A stretch of 63,954 nt of DNA, the filler included, from Licmophora abbreviata (Eukaryota), in the NCBI GenBank assembly GCA_900291995.1. It is 8 parts of 8 records of this genome, joined end to end, with 100 filler letters (N's around TTAATTAATTAA, not from the genome) between each part and the next. Parts side by side here need not be neighbours in the genome. Positions count along the whole stretch, not along the records: positions 15,334 to 41,483 come from OLMU01004187.1; 7 more parts are not named here. One strand, 5' to 3'. A model generated the notes under the pieces. It worked only from the letters and a program-made list of their open reading frames with translations. It was not told the DNA's origin and made no database searches. Below are positions 23,021-35,602 of the stretch, one piece after another. A program made the position numbers and the translations under genes. The stretch's first letter is position 1. Each line of letters opens with the position of its first letter.

Positions 23021-23740
23021 ATATCACACCGATACGTGAACACAAGTATTTTATGTTTATTGGTACATTACAGTGAAGTAACCCGTCGCCGTTCGAAGCT
23101 GCCTGGGCGAACTGGCTGACGACGAACTATCTAGCTACATATTCTGTGCACTTGCCGCTAATTGATTGTAGTGGAGGGAACTGACGGCCGGCGGTCCTGG
23201 GTTCCACTCATCATGGCAAAATCAAATCTTACGAGAGCAGAGACCCTGTGCCGTACATTGAAAATCTCGCTCGCTATCTCATCGCGTCATTTGTCATTTT
23301 GGAAACTGGCACCCGCCCAGCGCGCGCACGTGGACCCGATTTAGGCTGTTGTTGTCGATTCGATTCTGGAGACAGCTCTGAGCGAGTACGCCGGTGCCGT
23401 CGTGGAACACATAATAAAAGTCGTCGCCGTTGCTCGTAATCTTCTGGCTCGTTTTGAAACTCACCTTGCCTTTTCCCTTTTCCCCGTTTTAGAACAATCA
23501 TGTCATACGCCTCATAGCACTTCTGAATTGTGGCTTCAGTCGGCCACGAAACACAATTTGAAACGTGGAAAACGAGCTCCTCGAAAATAGAGCTCTCACC
23601 AGAGCTCTGCCGAAATCTACGGCGCAAGATCCGTGGTGACAAGGAACCAAGGGCGAAAGAAGCGCTGTGCCTCCCTCGTTTCTCCGTTCTCCTCGTTGTT
23701 TGCGACTGTTTTCCACGTCTTCTGTTTTAGATTCACGAGC

Positions 23741-26700
23741 ATGTCTTCCGATACGTCTGCCATGGAGGCAACGGCGACAGCCGAGGGTGAGTGCGTGTCT
23801 CCATCTCAGTTGTTCAGTTTTGGACCTCAGGATATTTCGCGTAGAAACTGTACTGCAGTCTACACAGATTTCGGCCTACTGGCAATGCGAGAAGGAGGTC
23901 ACGCGACTGTGCCGACTCTCTTGCGCTCTCGTTGCCCCCGACTCTCGTCTCCTCTCACTTGTATCCTTGCCTCATGATCACTCGCGCAGTCGATGAAAAA
24001 CTCTACTCGCGTCAGCTGTATGTCATGGGCCACGAAGCCCAGCGTCGCATGATGGCCAGCCGGTGCTTGCTGGTCGGATGCAGTGGTTTGGGCGTCGAAG
24101 TGGCCAAGAACTGCATTCTAGCTGGCATTCGCGAACTTGTACTCGTTGATCCCGGTACTTGTACCAGCTACGACTTGGGCGGAAACTTTTATCTGAGCGA
24201 AGGACATGTCGGTAGCACGACTGGTCGTGCCGAGCTGTGCGTGTCCAAACTGGCCGAACTGAATCCATACGTGACCGTGACGGTGGAAAAGGTGGAGTCG
24301 CTGTCGGCAGAATCACTGCTTCCATTGATCCCAGGGAACGCGTGTGTGGCTATTACCGTGCCGCTCAGTGACTCGCTCGTCACTGCTGTCAACGACAAGT
24401 GTCGGGAATCAAATGCCTGCATGATTTACTCGCTGTCGACGGGTGCCTTTGGACGCATCTTTTGCGATTTCGGAAAGGAATTCGTTGTTTCCGACAAAGA
24501 TGGGAACCCCCCGGCAACTTCTCAAGTGGAAAGCATCTTGCCGGAACACCCGGCGGTCGTAAAGGTACTGGAGGATCAAGGCCGACACGGACTCGAAACG
24601 GGAGACTACGTGCAGTTTGCCCGGCTCAAGGGCATGGCCGGCCTAAAGGAACAGACCAACTACGAGGTTAAGGTGACGGGGCCCTACACATTTGAACTCG
24701 TGGGTGTCAATCTTTCTAGTGAAGCCTCTGCGGCCACACAGGGATACATTACACAGGTCAAGCGACCCGTGACACTCGAGTTCGAAACTTACGATACGGC
24801 ACTTGAATCTCCTGGCGAGTTCATGATGTCGGACTTTGCAAAATTCGATCGTCCTCCCTTGTTGCATCTGGCCTATAAGGCACTGGCGAAATACAGGGAA
24901 GTACACGGCGACGAGTATCCGACTCCAGGCAACGCAGCGCAGGCGGCCGAGGTGTACGACTTGGCCGCTAGCCTCGACAAGGATGAACTTCTCAAGGAAG
25001 ACGACAGCGGAGCCAAGAAGCGAATTTTGATCCAATTGGCGTCGGGTGCCAAGTCGGTTTTGTCGCCCATGTGTGCGCTGCTCGGTGGCATGGTGGGACA
25101 GGAAGTGTTGAAGGCCTGCAGTGGCAAGTTTACGCCCATCAAAGGCTTCTTCTATCTGGATGCCGACGAGTGCCTTCCCGACGGCTTGCTCCCAGAAGCA
25201 GAGGTGGCACCCATGAACTCACGATATGACTCCCAGATTGCTGTCTTCGGAAAGGAAATGCAGCAGAAGCTGTGCGACCTATCGTATTTCATTGTTGGCG
25301 CGGGCGCGATCGGATGCGAAATGCTGAAGAACTGGGCCCTCATGGGCGTTGGCTGTGGGGACAAGGGACATATTTACGTGACGGACATGGATCGCATCGA
25401 AAAGAGCAATCTATCGCGTCAATTCTTGTTTCGTAACACGGATATCAACGGCTTCAAGAGTACGACGGCAGCCAAGGCGGTACAGGCCATGAACCCGAAC
25501 ATGAAAATTACGGCGCACCAAGAAAAGGTAGCCCCCGAAACGGAATTTATGTTCGGGGACGACTTTTACGACAAGCTCAGCGGCGTGTGCACTGCGTTGG
25601 ACAACGTTGAGGCACGTCTCTACGTCGACCAGCGATGTCTCTTTTACCGTCTTCCAATGTTGGAGAGCGGCACGCTTGGAACCAAGGGAAATACACAGGT
25701 GGTCGTTCCGCACGTGACGGAGAACTACGGTGCCACCCGAGATCCGCCCGAGAAGTCGATTCCCGTGTGTACGCTGAAGAACTTCCCCAATCAGATTCAA
25801 CACACACTCCAGTGGGCGCGAGACTACTTTGAGGGCGAATTCAAGCAGAGCGCGGAAGAAGTTAACTCGTACTTGACTCAGTCTCCTGAAGCGTATCTGG
25901 ATTCATTGCAGCCGAATACAAAGTTGGAGACGCTCAAGACGTTACAGCGTACCCTTGTAGATGACCGACCGACGACGTTTGAGGACTGTGTTGTTTGGAG
26001 TCGACTCAAGTTTGAGTCCCTCTTCAACAACCAGATTCGACAGCTCCTGCACAATTTTCCGCCCGACCAGATCACGTCCAGCGGGCAGCCATTCTGGAGC
26101 GGTTCCAAGCGGTGTCCCAAGCCTCTTTCGTTTGATTCAGAGAGTACCTGCGAGGACGCCGGTATGCGTAATCACTTTGACTTTGTCGTGGCGGCGGCCA
26201 ATCTGCGCGCAAGCTTGTATGGTATCAAGGGGCGAACCGATGAAGAGTATTTCAGCGAGGTGCTCAAGAATGTGATAGTTCCCGACTATGCGCCACAGAA
26301 AGGCGTCAAGATTGCAGAGAACGACGCAGAGGAGGAAAAGAACAACAACGACGACCCAATGGATGGAGCTGACACGGAAGCGGACGATATTTGGAACTCG
26401 CTGCCTAAACCTGGCGCACTGGCGGGCTTCCAGCTCCACCCGATTGACTTTGACAAAGATATCGACGACCACATGCTGTTCGTGACAGCTTGTTCGAACT
26501 TGCGCGCCATGAATTACTCGATTCCAACTGAAGATACGCACCGCTCCCGAGCCATTGCTGGAAGAATTATTCCAGCGATCGCCACTACGACAGCGCTTGT
26601 GACGGGTCTCATTTGCTTGGAGCTCTACAAGATCGTCGGCACACCACGCAAGGAGCTTACTATTGAAGCGTACAAAAACGGTTTTATCAATCTCGCGATC

Positions 26701-27084
26701 CCTTTCATGACGCTCAGTGAACCGACGCCACCCGCCAAGACCAAGGCAGTCGTCAAGGGCAAGGAGTGGCTTTGGACTCCTTGGGATAGTTTGGATGTGA
26801 ACATGGGTGACATGACCATGGGCGACTTTATGGAGTACTTTGAGAAGGAGTACAACCTCGAAATCTCCATGCTAAGCTACGGCGTTTCGATTCTGTACTC
26901 ATTTTTCGCCAACAAAAAGAAGGTCGAGGAGCGTAAGAAGATGAAGATGACGGATGTCATTACCAGCATCAATAAGAAGGAATTTCCTCCGAATCAACTC
27001 TTCATCATTCTTGAGGTGATTGCAAATGATCTGGACACGGACGAAGAAGTTGAGGTGCCGTATATTCGATTCCGCTTTCGCTAA
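23741..27084 (+). CDS. UBA1: Ubiquitin-activating enzyme E1; exon 23741-23786 + 23990-27084
   Basis: DEKLYSRQLYV, VGAGAIGCE, SNLSRQFLFR, catalytic PVCTLKNFP and GRIIPAIATTT. Confidence 0.98.
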
Positions 27085-27649
27085 ATGATTCGAAGGAAGG
27101 TGCTAGACTACTTGTTGCATTCCCGTCAGTGAGTTCGAGGCTGTGTGCCTGAACGCAACTTCCGGGTAGCGAGCGAATAAGTTAGAAAGGGAACATATCA
27201 TAGATGAGCCGTGACTACTTGTGTACGCGTACGTGCAGAGTGTTAATGGACGTTCGATCAGGGCATTGTATTCTGCGAGTCGTTTATTCATCGTCGTGTA
27301 TCGCGTATTGCAAGGCATTCATTCGTTGAAGGTTGGTCACAAACATCGTCCTGTCAAGTCTTGGGGGCGCAGCGATCATAGATAACCTCGTGTTATTGAA
27401 TAGGATATATTTATTAGTATACGTGTACATATTGTTATCAATATTTTTGGTACTAATTATACAGAAGATTCAGATGCTATCTGACTTTTCCCGCGACTCA
27501 TAACAAGCGCAAGTTGAAAGTGATCCCGGATTGTTGTCTGTTGAGGTTGTGAGAAGGCGAAGTAGGGCAGTTCCCTCAGTTCAGATCTCTCTGACAGAGT
27601 GCTCCTATCTCTGCACCGGCCTGCTAGCTAGAGAGTTCCATCCACCACC

Positions 27650-29448
27650 ATGTCGCTTGCCTGGCAAGAAGACGAGTTTGCAGACGAGATCTCGATAGCC
27701 GACTCGGATATTTACACCGACGGCGGTGACACGGAAGCGGGCATTTTCAAAGGTAATCTTTTGGGGGGTCACGACGACGACAATGAATCGTTGCGCGATG
27801 ACTTACAGGAGGTCCACAGGATTGAACCAGACGAACACGGTGACGAGGATCTTGCCCCGCAAAAAGAAATTATTCAAAAGACTTCTCTCGCAGAACGAAC
27901 GTGTCACTGGATTCTGTCCCATCGAATTCTCTCTCTTGCACTTCTTCTAATGTGCGTGGCTGTTGCAATGGGAGTTGGTATTGTTCTATCCAAGGACGGT
28001 GGATCGAGTACTCCTGAATCCCCAAGGGCAGACGCCGGCACTGCTGGAGACTCCCAAACGATTTTTGGTACGAGAACCCCGACGATTCCTCCGACGCCAC
28101 TTCCTACCCACGCTCCAATCTCGAGTCCAACAAATGCAAACGAAACTGTTGAGTCAGAGCCAACTGCAAGTCCGACAGCGGATCCCTCGGTAGCTGCCGA
28201 CGAACCAACCTCTGAATCCTCGACTGGGACGCCCACCGTTCCCACCTCGATAGCAACACTGCTGGAGCTCTGGTCAGACCCAGCCGCCTTGGCCGATCCT
28301 ACTACCCCGCAAGCCAAGGCAGCTGATTGGATCATGAACGTGGATGCGTTGCAGCTGACTTCGACTTCTCCGAATCTGCAACAGCGTTTTGCTCTGGCTG
28401 TTTTCTACTTTGCGCTTGATGGAGATGGATGGGACGATTCCAACGGATTTCTGGATCCAGAGGAAGAGTGCAACTGGTCTGCGCTCAAATGCAACGATGA
28501 CAAGGTGGCGAGGATCGATCTAGGTATTAGTTGTTTGAAAGAACCATGGTGTAACCCACTTACCTCTCATTTGCTAAACTCAATTTTTGCGCTACGCTCG
28601 CTCCACAGCTGCGAATGGTCTGAGCGGCTCTTTGCCACCAGAAGTCAGTTTGTTGATAGACTTGGAAGTGGCGCTTTTGTACGAAAATGATATCACAGGC
28701 GCTTTACCATTTGAAATTACAAAGCTTGCGAAACTCGGTATGTTGCAATTTTGATCATGTTGTGCTTTGTCTGCATGCTGTAGCCTGCTGCTCAAGTATG
28801 TTGCTTATGCTTCTCGTGCTCAGACGGCTTGTCGCTGTCATCCAACAAGTTCACTACATTTCCTTCTGAGATTGGAACGCTCTCGCATCTGAAAGTGTTC
28901 ATGCTTGACGACAATGAGCTTACAAATTCTATCCCGACCGAGATTGGCCTACTGTCCAACTCACTCGGTGAGTGTCGATGCAAGACGATTGGAAGGTGAT
29001 GAGTGTATCCTCGACAACGACTCCTCACCCAGCACTTCCTCGTTTCTTCTCTTGTGTAGAAAAACTTCATTTAGGGGACAATTTCATGATTGGAAGTATC
29101 CCTACGGAGATATACGCGCTAACTAAGCTACGATCGCTGCGTGTTGATCGCAACAGCATAATCGGTAGCATGTCGACGTTGATTGGAAATCTGGAAAAAC
29201 TCACTAACCTTAGTGTGCACCACAACATGTTGAACGGCAACATCCAATCCGAGATGGGCCTCTTGTCCAATTTAGAGAAGGTTCAATTATACTGGAATGG
29301 GTTCACGGGAGCCATGCCGTCAGAGATTTGTGCGTTGGGAGTTGAAGCATTGCGAGCCGACTGTTTGCCCGATGGGAATGGAACGGTTCAAGTGTCATGT
29401 GCGTGCTGTACGAGGTGTTGCAGCAATGACCCTCAGGATTGTGATTGA
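27650..29448 (+). CDS. Single-TM LRR receptor-like protein; exons 27650-28523, 28609-28737, 28824-28967, 29060-29448
   Basis: Acidic N-terminus, TM, PT linker, PQ.KA..W..QRFAL cap, LRRs and ADC...C.CC..C end. Confidence 0.85.
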
Positions 29449-29665
29449 CTTGTTCGAGACGACGAGAGATATCCTACTGCGGTTGTAGTTTGAGCTTGTT
29501 TGTGCGTTGTAGCTACTATCGGTATCGGGATGACTTCGGGATGACTTCATATCAAATCTTTATGAGACTATTATCACATGCTACTGGATCTTTTCGCAAC
29601 CCCCCGTGCTGTACAGCAACTCTGTCTCGACTAGAGCACCTGTGGTGATGTACCGAATACCTCTT

Positions 29666-30829
29666 TTACGCCTCATACTCTTGTTCCTGGTCATTATCAA
29701 ACTGAAACGGACAGCAGTAATCGCAGCAGTCGTCATCACAAGCGAAGCACTCCACATGAAGACCATCCATATCTTTGAGGTCTTGTCCCACATCCTTCAA
29801 GCTACAGCTCGTTCTGAACAAGTGACGAAGTGATACGAAGGGTCTCACAATGTCACCTGTGTCTACAATGGTACCAGGAACTAGACACGAGCAGGCGTAG
29901 TTTCGCTTGAGAAGATGTTTCTCAAACGAAAACAGCTGGTCTTGCAGCGACGGCTTGCTAGAAATAGTAGGGTCGCGTTGCGTTTCATCCCTCTTCTCAA
30001 GACTGCGACTTACGCGTTTACAACTCTCAATCACGGGAGCTGGCTGAAATGGAATGACCTCGTGGATGAGGGTGTGACAGTCGGCGTAGTACGTGTTGGT
30101 CGTGAGGATGTGAGCGTGCCAAAAGAGCTCCACAAGCTCATGCGGGCGAGCCGCTGTCGCAATGGAGCTCCAAAGTACTCGGCTCTGGGACGATTCCTTG
30201 CGCTCCATCAAGCGTTCGACGGACTTGACCACAAGGAAGCGCTTGTATTCATCTTCGACGATCTTGGTGAATCTGTCCATGCTGGTGAAGCAGTGACCAC
30301 GACGGCGAGGCCGCGCCATACACTGGTTTTCGATACGAGGCTCGATTCCAAAGTGCGGAACGATCAGATCCAAGACATCACAGCTGTAGTGATCATATAA
30401 GCCACCAGAGGTATCTTCAACGAAGGTTCGTGGGTACTGCGTGTGCAAGAGTCGAACAAAGGTTTTGTGAATGGAGTCGAGGGAGAGGTTCAACGAGCTG
30501 GCCGCTTGCTTGAGCAGCGCCAGCTCGCGAGGAGTCACTGCTGTTGTGCTGCTAGAAGACGAAGTAGCAACGTCTTTGCCATACGTCGCCAGTGTTGCCG
30601 AGGACACGACACTACCGGCATTCACACAGTCCCCCGCGACGCGCTTCCAGCTCTTCGAAACGAGGGACAGACTGTGGTGGTGATGACACAGATCGTTGTA
30701 GGGACGCTGCTTCTCTTGAAAGCTGTTGGGATTCTCTTGAGACGTTGTTACAGAGGGAGGCGTCAAGAGAAAGCGTAGCGTGTAGCGATGCAAGTCTTCG
30801 GGGAGAAGGCTGAAGGCGAGGGGGTCCAT
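29666..30829 (-). CDS. Hypothetical protein, F-box-like N-terminus plus GRDP-like domain
   Basis: FSLLPEDLHRYTLRFL..SLVSKSW; EYKRFL...FWHAHIL...Y.ADC; Cys/Asp-rich C-terminus. Confidence 0.6.
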   Translation of the reverse strand: MDPLAFSLLPEDLHRYTLRFLLTPPSVTTSQENPNSFQEKQRPYNDLCHHHHSLSLVSKSWKRVAGDCVNAGSVVSSATLATYGKDVATSSSSSTTAVTPRELALLKQAASSLNLSLDSIHKTFVRLLHTQYPRTFVEDTSGGLYDHYSCDVLDLIVPHFGIEPRIENQCMARPRRRGHCFTSMDRFTKIVEDEYKRFLVVKSVERLMERKESSQSRVLWSSIATAARPHELVELFWHAHILTTNTYYADCHTLIHEVIPFQPAPVIESCKRVSRSLEKRDETQRDPTISSKPSLQDQLFSFEKHLLKRNYACSCLVPGTIVDTGDIVRPFVSLRHLFRTSCSLKDVGQDLKDMDGLHVECFACDDDCCDYCCPFQFDNDQEQEYEA

Positions 30830-30855
30830 GTTCTGTTGTTCTGTACCGACGTTAC

Positions 30856-30882
30856 CTGGTACTGGTACTGGTACTGGTACTG
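30856..30882. repeat. (CTGGTA)4.5 microsatellite
   Basis: ctggtactggtactggtactggtactg. Confidence 0.9.
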
Positions 30883-31378
30883 CTTGAGAGGGGGCGCTTG
30901 TTGATTCTGCTTCTGCCCCAATGCCGTCCTTGACGGAGAGATACTGTACTGGAGAGTACGAGAAAGAAAGGAGGCGAAGACGACACAGTTAGTCGACTAG
31001 TAGAGGCCATCGGACCGCCGCGGTGCCATGGCGATCGGCGGAACAGTTTTCGTTTTCAAATGCCCGCGCCAAATCATCACCAATGACGGACTCACTCGCT
31101 TGGAGATATGACTCACTCGACCCACTCGACTAGCTATTACACCTTACTAAGCTCTTCTGGTACTGAGAATGCGTGCATTGTACATGGGCGCTAATTCTAG
31201 CCGCACACCACGCCTTTTTCGTTCGAAACGGCAGGCGACACGCCGCGCCCCGAACCCACCCCTGGCCGACACAATCCAACCAAGTGAATAGTGTTTTCGT
31301 GTTTCCCTTGAAAATACGACAGGCATAGCTTGCTTCCCCAGTGTTGCTAGTTAGTAGTCTCTCTCGCCTCCGTCTATC

Positions 31379-31801
31379 ATGTTTATCCCCAAGCAAAATC
31401 GCATCGCCGTCTTTTCCTACCTCTTCAAGGAGGGAGTCGTCGTCGTCAAGAAGGACACTGTGACTCCGACGCACCCTCACATTGAAGGGCCTTCCAACTT
31501 GGAGGTCCTGATGCTTATGAAGTCCTTGGAGTCACGCCAGTTCGTGCGCATCACCTTCTCCTGGCAGTACAACTACTGCTACCTTACGGATGAAGGTATC
31601 GAGTACCTTCGTGGATACCTTGCTCTTCCTGCGGAGATTGTGCCCAACACGCACAAGAAGCAGACATCTCGTCCCGAAGGACGTGATCGCGAAGAGGACA
31701 AGATGGATGGAGGTCGTCCGGCATTCCGTGGAGGAGGAGGAGGAGGAGATCGTGGTGAATACCGTGGAGGAGGAGGCTTTGGACGTGGCGGTGGAATGTA
31801 G
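31379..31801 (+). CDS. RPS10: 40S ribosomal protein S10 (eS10)
   Basis: YLFKEGVVVVKKD, MKSLESR, YLTDEGIEYLR.YL.LP.EIVP and RGG tail. Confidence 0.98.
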   Translation: MFIPKQNRIAVFSYLFKEGVVVVKKDTVTPTHPHIEGPSNLEVLMLMKSLESRQFVRITFSWQYNYCYLTDEGIEYLRGYLALPAEIVPNTHKKQTSRPEGRDREEDKMDGGRPAFRGGGGGGDRGEYRGGGGFGRGGGM

Positions 31802-32350
31802 GACTCAAGGAATGAAGTGATTCCATGTCCAATGATGTGCCTTGCAAAAATGGAGATGACGAATACTACTATACTGGACGAAGCGAACTTGCTCTACATA
31901 GATTATGGGGGGCTGGGGGCCGGTCTATCATGACCAGACGCTATAAGATGATATAGAATCGTTCGTACGTGACTGAAGTCTCTATTTTTCGGTTGGCGCC
32001 TAGCTGCAGGTCTACAGCATTAGACAGACGAGTCTATCCAAAACATCTTCTTCGCCTCGAACTAGATTTACAAGCGCCGCTCGAGCCGCTACTAGGTTGT
32101 AGGAGCGCTCTGGTGCCATCTTGACGGAGGATCTGCAGTGGCGCGGCGCTCGCTCTGATTTATCGAATCATTCGATAAATTCATACATTCGAGTGAGTCA
32201 AGATCGGGCGAAGCCCAGACGCGCGAGCCAAGCACAGGACTGAAATGATCTTCATTCATACACGCATGAATGTGTCGGGTTAATTTTAGTAAAGTTCTAC
32301 ACACTGATTGACTCCTCGCGCCAGGCGGCCACGAGTAATATTCCATCGCT

Positions 32351-33307
32351 ATGACTTCATGTGACAACATCGCTAAAACACATTTCGAAGGGGAATGTGG
32401 CCTCACTTTTTGGAAGAGCCGTGTTTGGCGACCCGTCGTCAAGGACTCTTCGCTCGTGTTCAAGGGTTACGAATCACTGGATCCTTTTTTCTTCCATAGA
32501 ATGACAAAGATGGGGTTTCTCAGGCGCATGCGCAAGTTTCGCGGTGGGCGGAGGCGATATACGGGCGATACTTCGGTCAAGATGGCGGCCACCTGTGATG
32601 ACGTGTCTGAAATGAGCAGTGCTGGATTTCTTGAACACGATTCCTTGGAGCCTCTCGGAAAGTTACATTCCTATCAAGATTTGAGTCCAATGGAAGAAGA
32701 CGACGACCGTCAAGAGTTGTTGACGACTTGCAGCAGTAGCGACAGTGAGATTCTGAAGCCTCGACGCGACTCCTTTCCCTTTGTCAAGCGACTCCATACT
32801 CCGGTCAACGAGAACAAAAAGAAGGGAAATTGTTTAGCCAGCAAAGAAAAGAAGAATGCCATGAAGCGAAAGGAAAGAGATCTCTTGAAGTCTCCCAGCA
32901 GTCAGCCAACTTCTCAAAGCACTGAGCTTCCTCCGACGGTGCCACTTGTGCCTGTCCTCGAAACGGAAAATGAGTGTCCAGGACCAGAGCCTCTTCCTAT
33001 GTCCACGAGCTCGCCACACCACGAGGACGGGCTAGTTCATATCTACGAGGATGATTTGGCAACATTATACGAGGAATCTCTCAAGTCTGGTGAGACCGAT
33101 GAAGCTTCAACATCAGGAGAGAGGCATCTCGCGAGGCCTGCCGTCATGGACGAGTACAATATTCGTGCCCGTTGGGAGTATGCCATGCAGGTCATGGGCG
33201 TGGGACAGTGCAGTGATGAATCAGCAAGCCTTTATAGCAGCCTTGCTGGGATGATTCCGATGCCGACGCGAAAAGAACAAAATGGTCAAGAGGAAGCTGA
33301 GATCTAA
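32351..33307 (+). CDS. Hypothetical low-complexity protein (start uncertain, possibly 32501)
   Basis: 318-aa ORF, Ser/Glu/Lys-rich. Confidence 0.55.
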   Translation: MTSCDNIAKTHFEGECGLTFWKSRVWRPVVKDSSLVFKGYESLDPFFFHRMTKMGFLRRMRKFRGGRRRYTGDTSVKMAATCDDVSEMSSAGFLEHDSLEPLGKLHSYQDLSPMEEDDDRQELLTTCSSSDSEILKPRRDSFPFVKRLHTPVNENKKKGNCLASKEKKNAMKRKERDLLKSPSSQPTSQSTELPPTVPLVPVLETENECPGPEPLPMSTSSPHHEDGLVHIYEDDLATLYEESLKSGETDEASTSGERHLARPAVMDEYNIRARWEYAMQVMGVGQCSDESASLYSSLAGMIPMPTRKEQNGQEEAEI

Positions 33308-33513
33308 TCTGCAGTCGAGTCATGTGCATGCGGCGGCGGACCAGCGTCATTTCGACGTCCTACGAGTCTGCGCCATGGCAAATACTGAAGTAGTTTGTAA
33401 TCAGCTACCTTCTCTTAAATACCGCATAGATCTGCGACTGGAGTCTCTGTTGATGACTCCTCCTTCTACTGTGTGACTCTCTAATGTTTGAGTCTCTAGA
33501 CGATGCTTACCAT

Positions 33514-35219
33514 CTACTCCTCCAAAGCAGCCTCCTCAGGCACACGTTCCTCTTCATCTTGCATCTGGCGGTTCGCATCTTCAATCGTAATGAAATCGTC
33601 GTCACCCGCCAAGGCTCGGAAACGCTTCATGATGGGTTGAATGTCAGCCGACGAAATCTTGTTAAGTGTCAGAAGACTTGCGACCAGGAACTCGTACTGA
33701 TCCACCTTATCATCGTGTTCATAGGCCTGCATGTCGTTGATGAGGCCTTTGCTGACCTCTCTTCGCTCCCAGGCATAGCGGCGCCTAATCTCCTGTAGCT
33801 CTTCGCGCATCGATCCTAACCGCCCCAAGGTTGAGCCCACAAAGTAGGTGGAAAATATCAGATAGAATATTTGAAACCATCGCATGTTGAAGCTCATGAA
33901 GAGATCACCATAACCAATCGTCGTCGTTGTCTGAATTGCCCAGTAGAAAGAATCCATCCACGTCCACTGTTCTTTTTCAATACTGTCGTCAGAGTTTCTG
34001 ACGAAAAGGCGCGCCGCAAACATTCCAATGAAGTTGACCGCAAAGAACGTTACAAAAATTTCAGACAATTTGATGAAACGCAAGCGATTGACCTGCTTGT
34101 AGAGAAGCTGGTCCTTTCGATATCCATTCGGCACAATGAGATTGTAGAGGCGTTCGTAGCAGCCCGCAAAGGGTGAAGCTGCTTGCTCGGCAGCGGCGGA
34201 GAAGGCCATTATTGCGACGAGCATGGCAACCATCATGTAGCATGCTCCAATAAAGAGTTGCCAGCGATGGTTCTTTTCGACGGTTAGATCACCATAACCG
34301 ACGGTGCTCATCGTCGTTGACGCGAAATAAAGAGAGCTTACCCATCCATAGTAGCTACGTCCACGAGACGTGGGATCGTCCGGACAAACTATTTCAGGCA
34401 AGACAAAGGGGGTAAGATGGTGAAGTGTAGCAACCAAACTATCAGGCGGCAATATAACCATTACTCACTGTTGTTGTCTTTGTAAATGTGACAAAAGAGG
34501 ATAGGCGTGAAGAAGTAAAAGGCAAAGATCGCGACGAGGGCTACCGACAAGCTACTGCGCATCCACGGCCAGCGAGGAATCACCTGCGTATGGTAAAAGT
34601 TGAAGTCTTGATAGTAGAACCAGTCGTCATCTTGGGCTTGAACCTCCTTGACAACGACGAGCGCCCTGTCGAGGACCTGCACGAACTTGTCATCGTTGTC
34701 GTGAAAGCCGATGAGCTTCAAGGCTTCCGTGAACGGTTTCTTGCGGAGTTTTCCTTTCTCTTGGTCGTGCAGCTCAATAAGGTCAGTAAGAAAGATCTGG
34801 CTTTTGGAGGGGTATCCCTGTTTCCGGGAGATCTCGCGGCATGTCTTGAGAAGGCGCTTGCGCACAGCCATCGTGATCAGAATGCGATTGTCACGTCGAC
34901 TCTCAATCCGATGCGCCAGCTGCTCTACCGCCATCAGTCTCTCGGTGCCAGGAGAGCTAGAAGCGGTAGATGGAGTTAAAAAGGACGTAAACAGAGTCAA
35001 GAATAACCGTGAGAAAGGCGCTCTGATACAACAATGATCATCTCAATTCTTGAATTTGGAAACGAAACCTGCACTGAAATTATCGACCAAGAAACACCTG
35101 TTCGGGGGCAATTCAATTCGGACCAACCTCTTTCCCATGCTGCTATTTTCTTCAACATCCTGGGTCTCTCGCTCCGATCCCTCTGGGATCTCCAGATCGA
35201 CGTCCTTGTTTGACGACAT
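33514..35219 (-). CDS. Two-pore-domain K+ channel (TPK/KCO-like) with EF-hand-like C-terminus; exons 35219-35098, 34956-34469, 34388-33514
   Basis: Two selectivity filters STVGYGD and TTIGYGD, 4 TMs and HDDKVDQYEFL. Introns join three ORFs in frame. Confidence 0.9.
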
Positions 35220-35602
35220 GGTGGACACTATCTGTTCAGAATGTGGGCTCCTCGTATTGATCAGAGTGTCACACTTTCAACTTCCAAAGACGGAACCGAT
35301 GATTTCCGACTCGCTCGACTAATCATCTATACAGCTTTCGATCGGTATTTCGCGAGACTAGGGCACCACATTCCGGTACCGGTAAACCAGTTGTCCCGGT
35401 CCACTTCGACTCCTATGCTTGTAAAAGCCTTCAACAACCTAGAACTTGCTCCGTCCACAAATTCTGTAGTACCGATATGATAATCCGTTGCGGTAGAAGC
35501 CAGAAAGGCCATCAATCAACCAAATAAACAGCTACCATAAATTCTTATATACGTAACACTAAATACCCCGACTTCCCAACATCCCTTTGCCCGTCATTCA
35601 CT

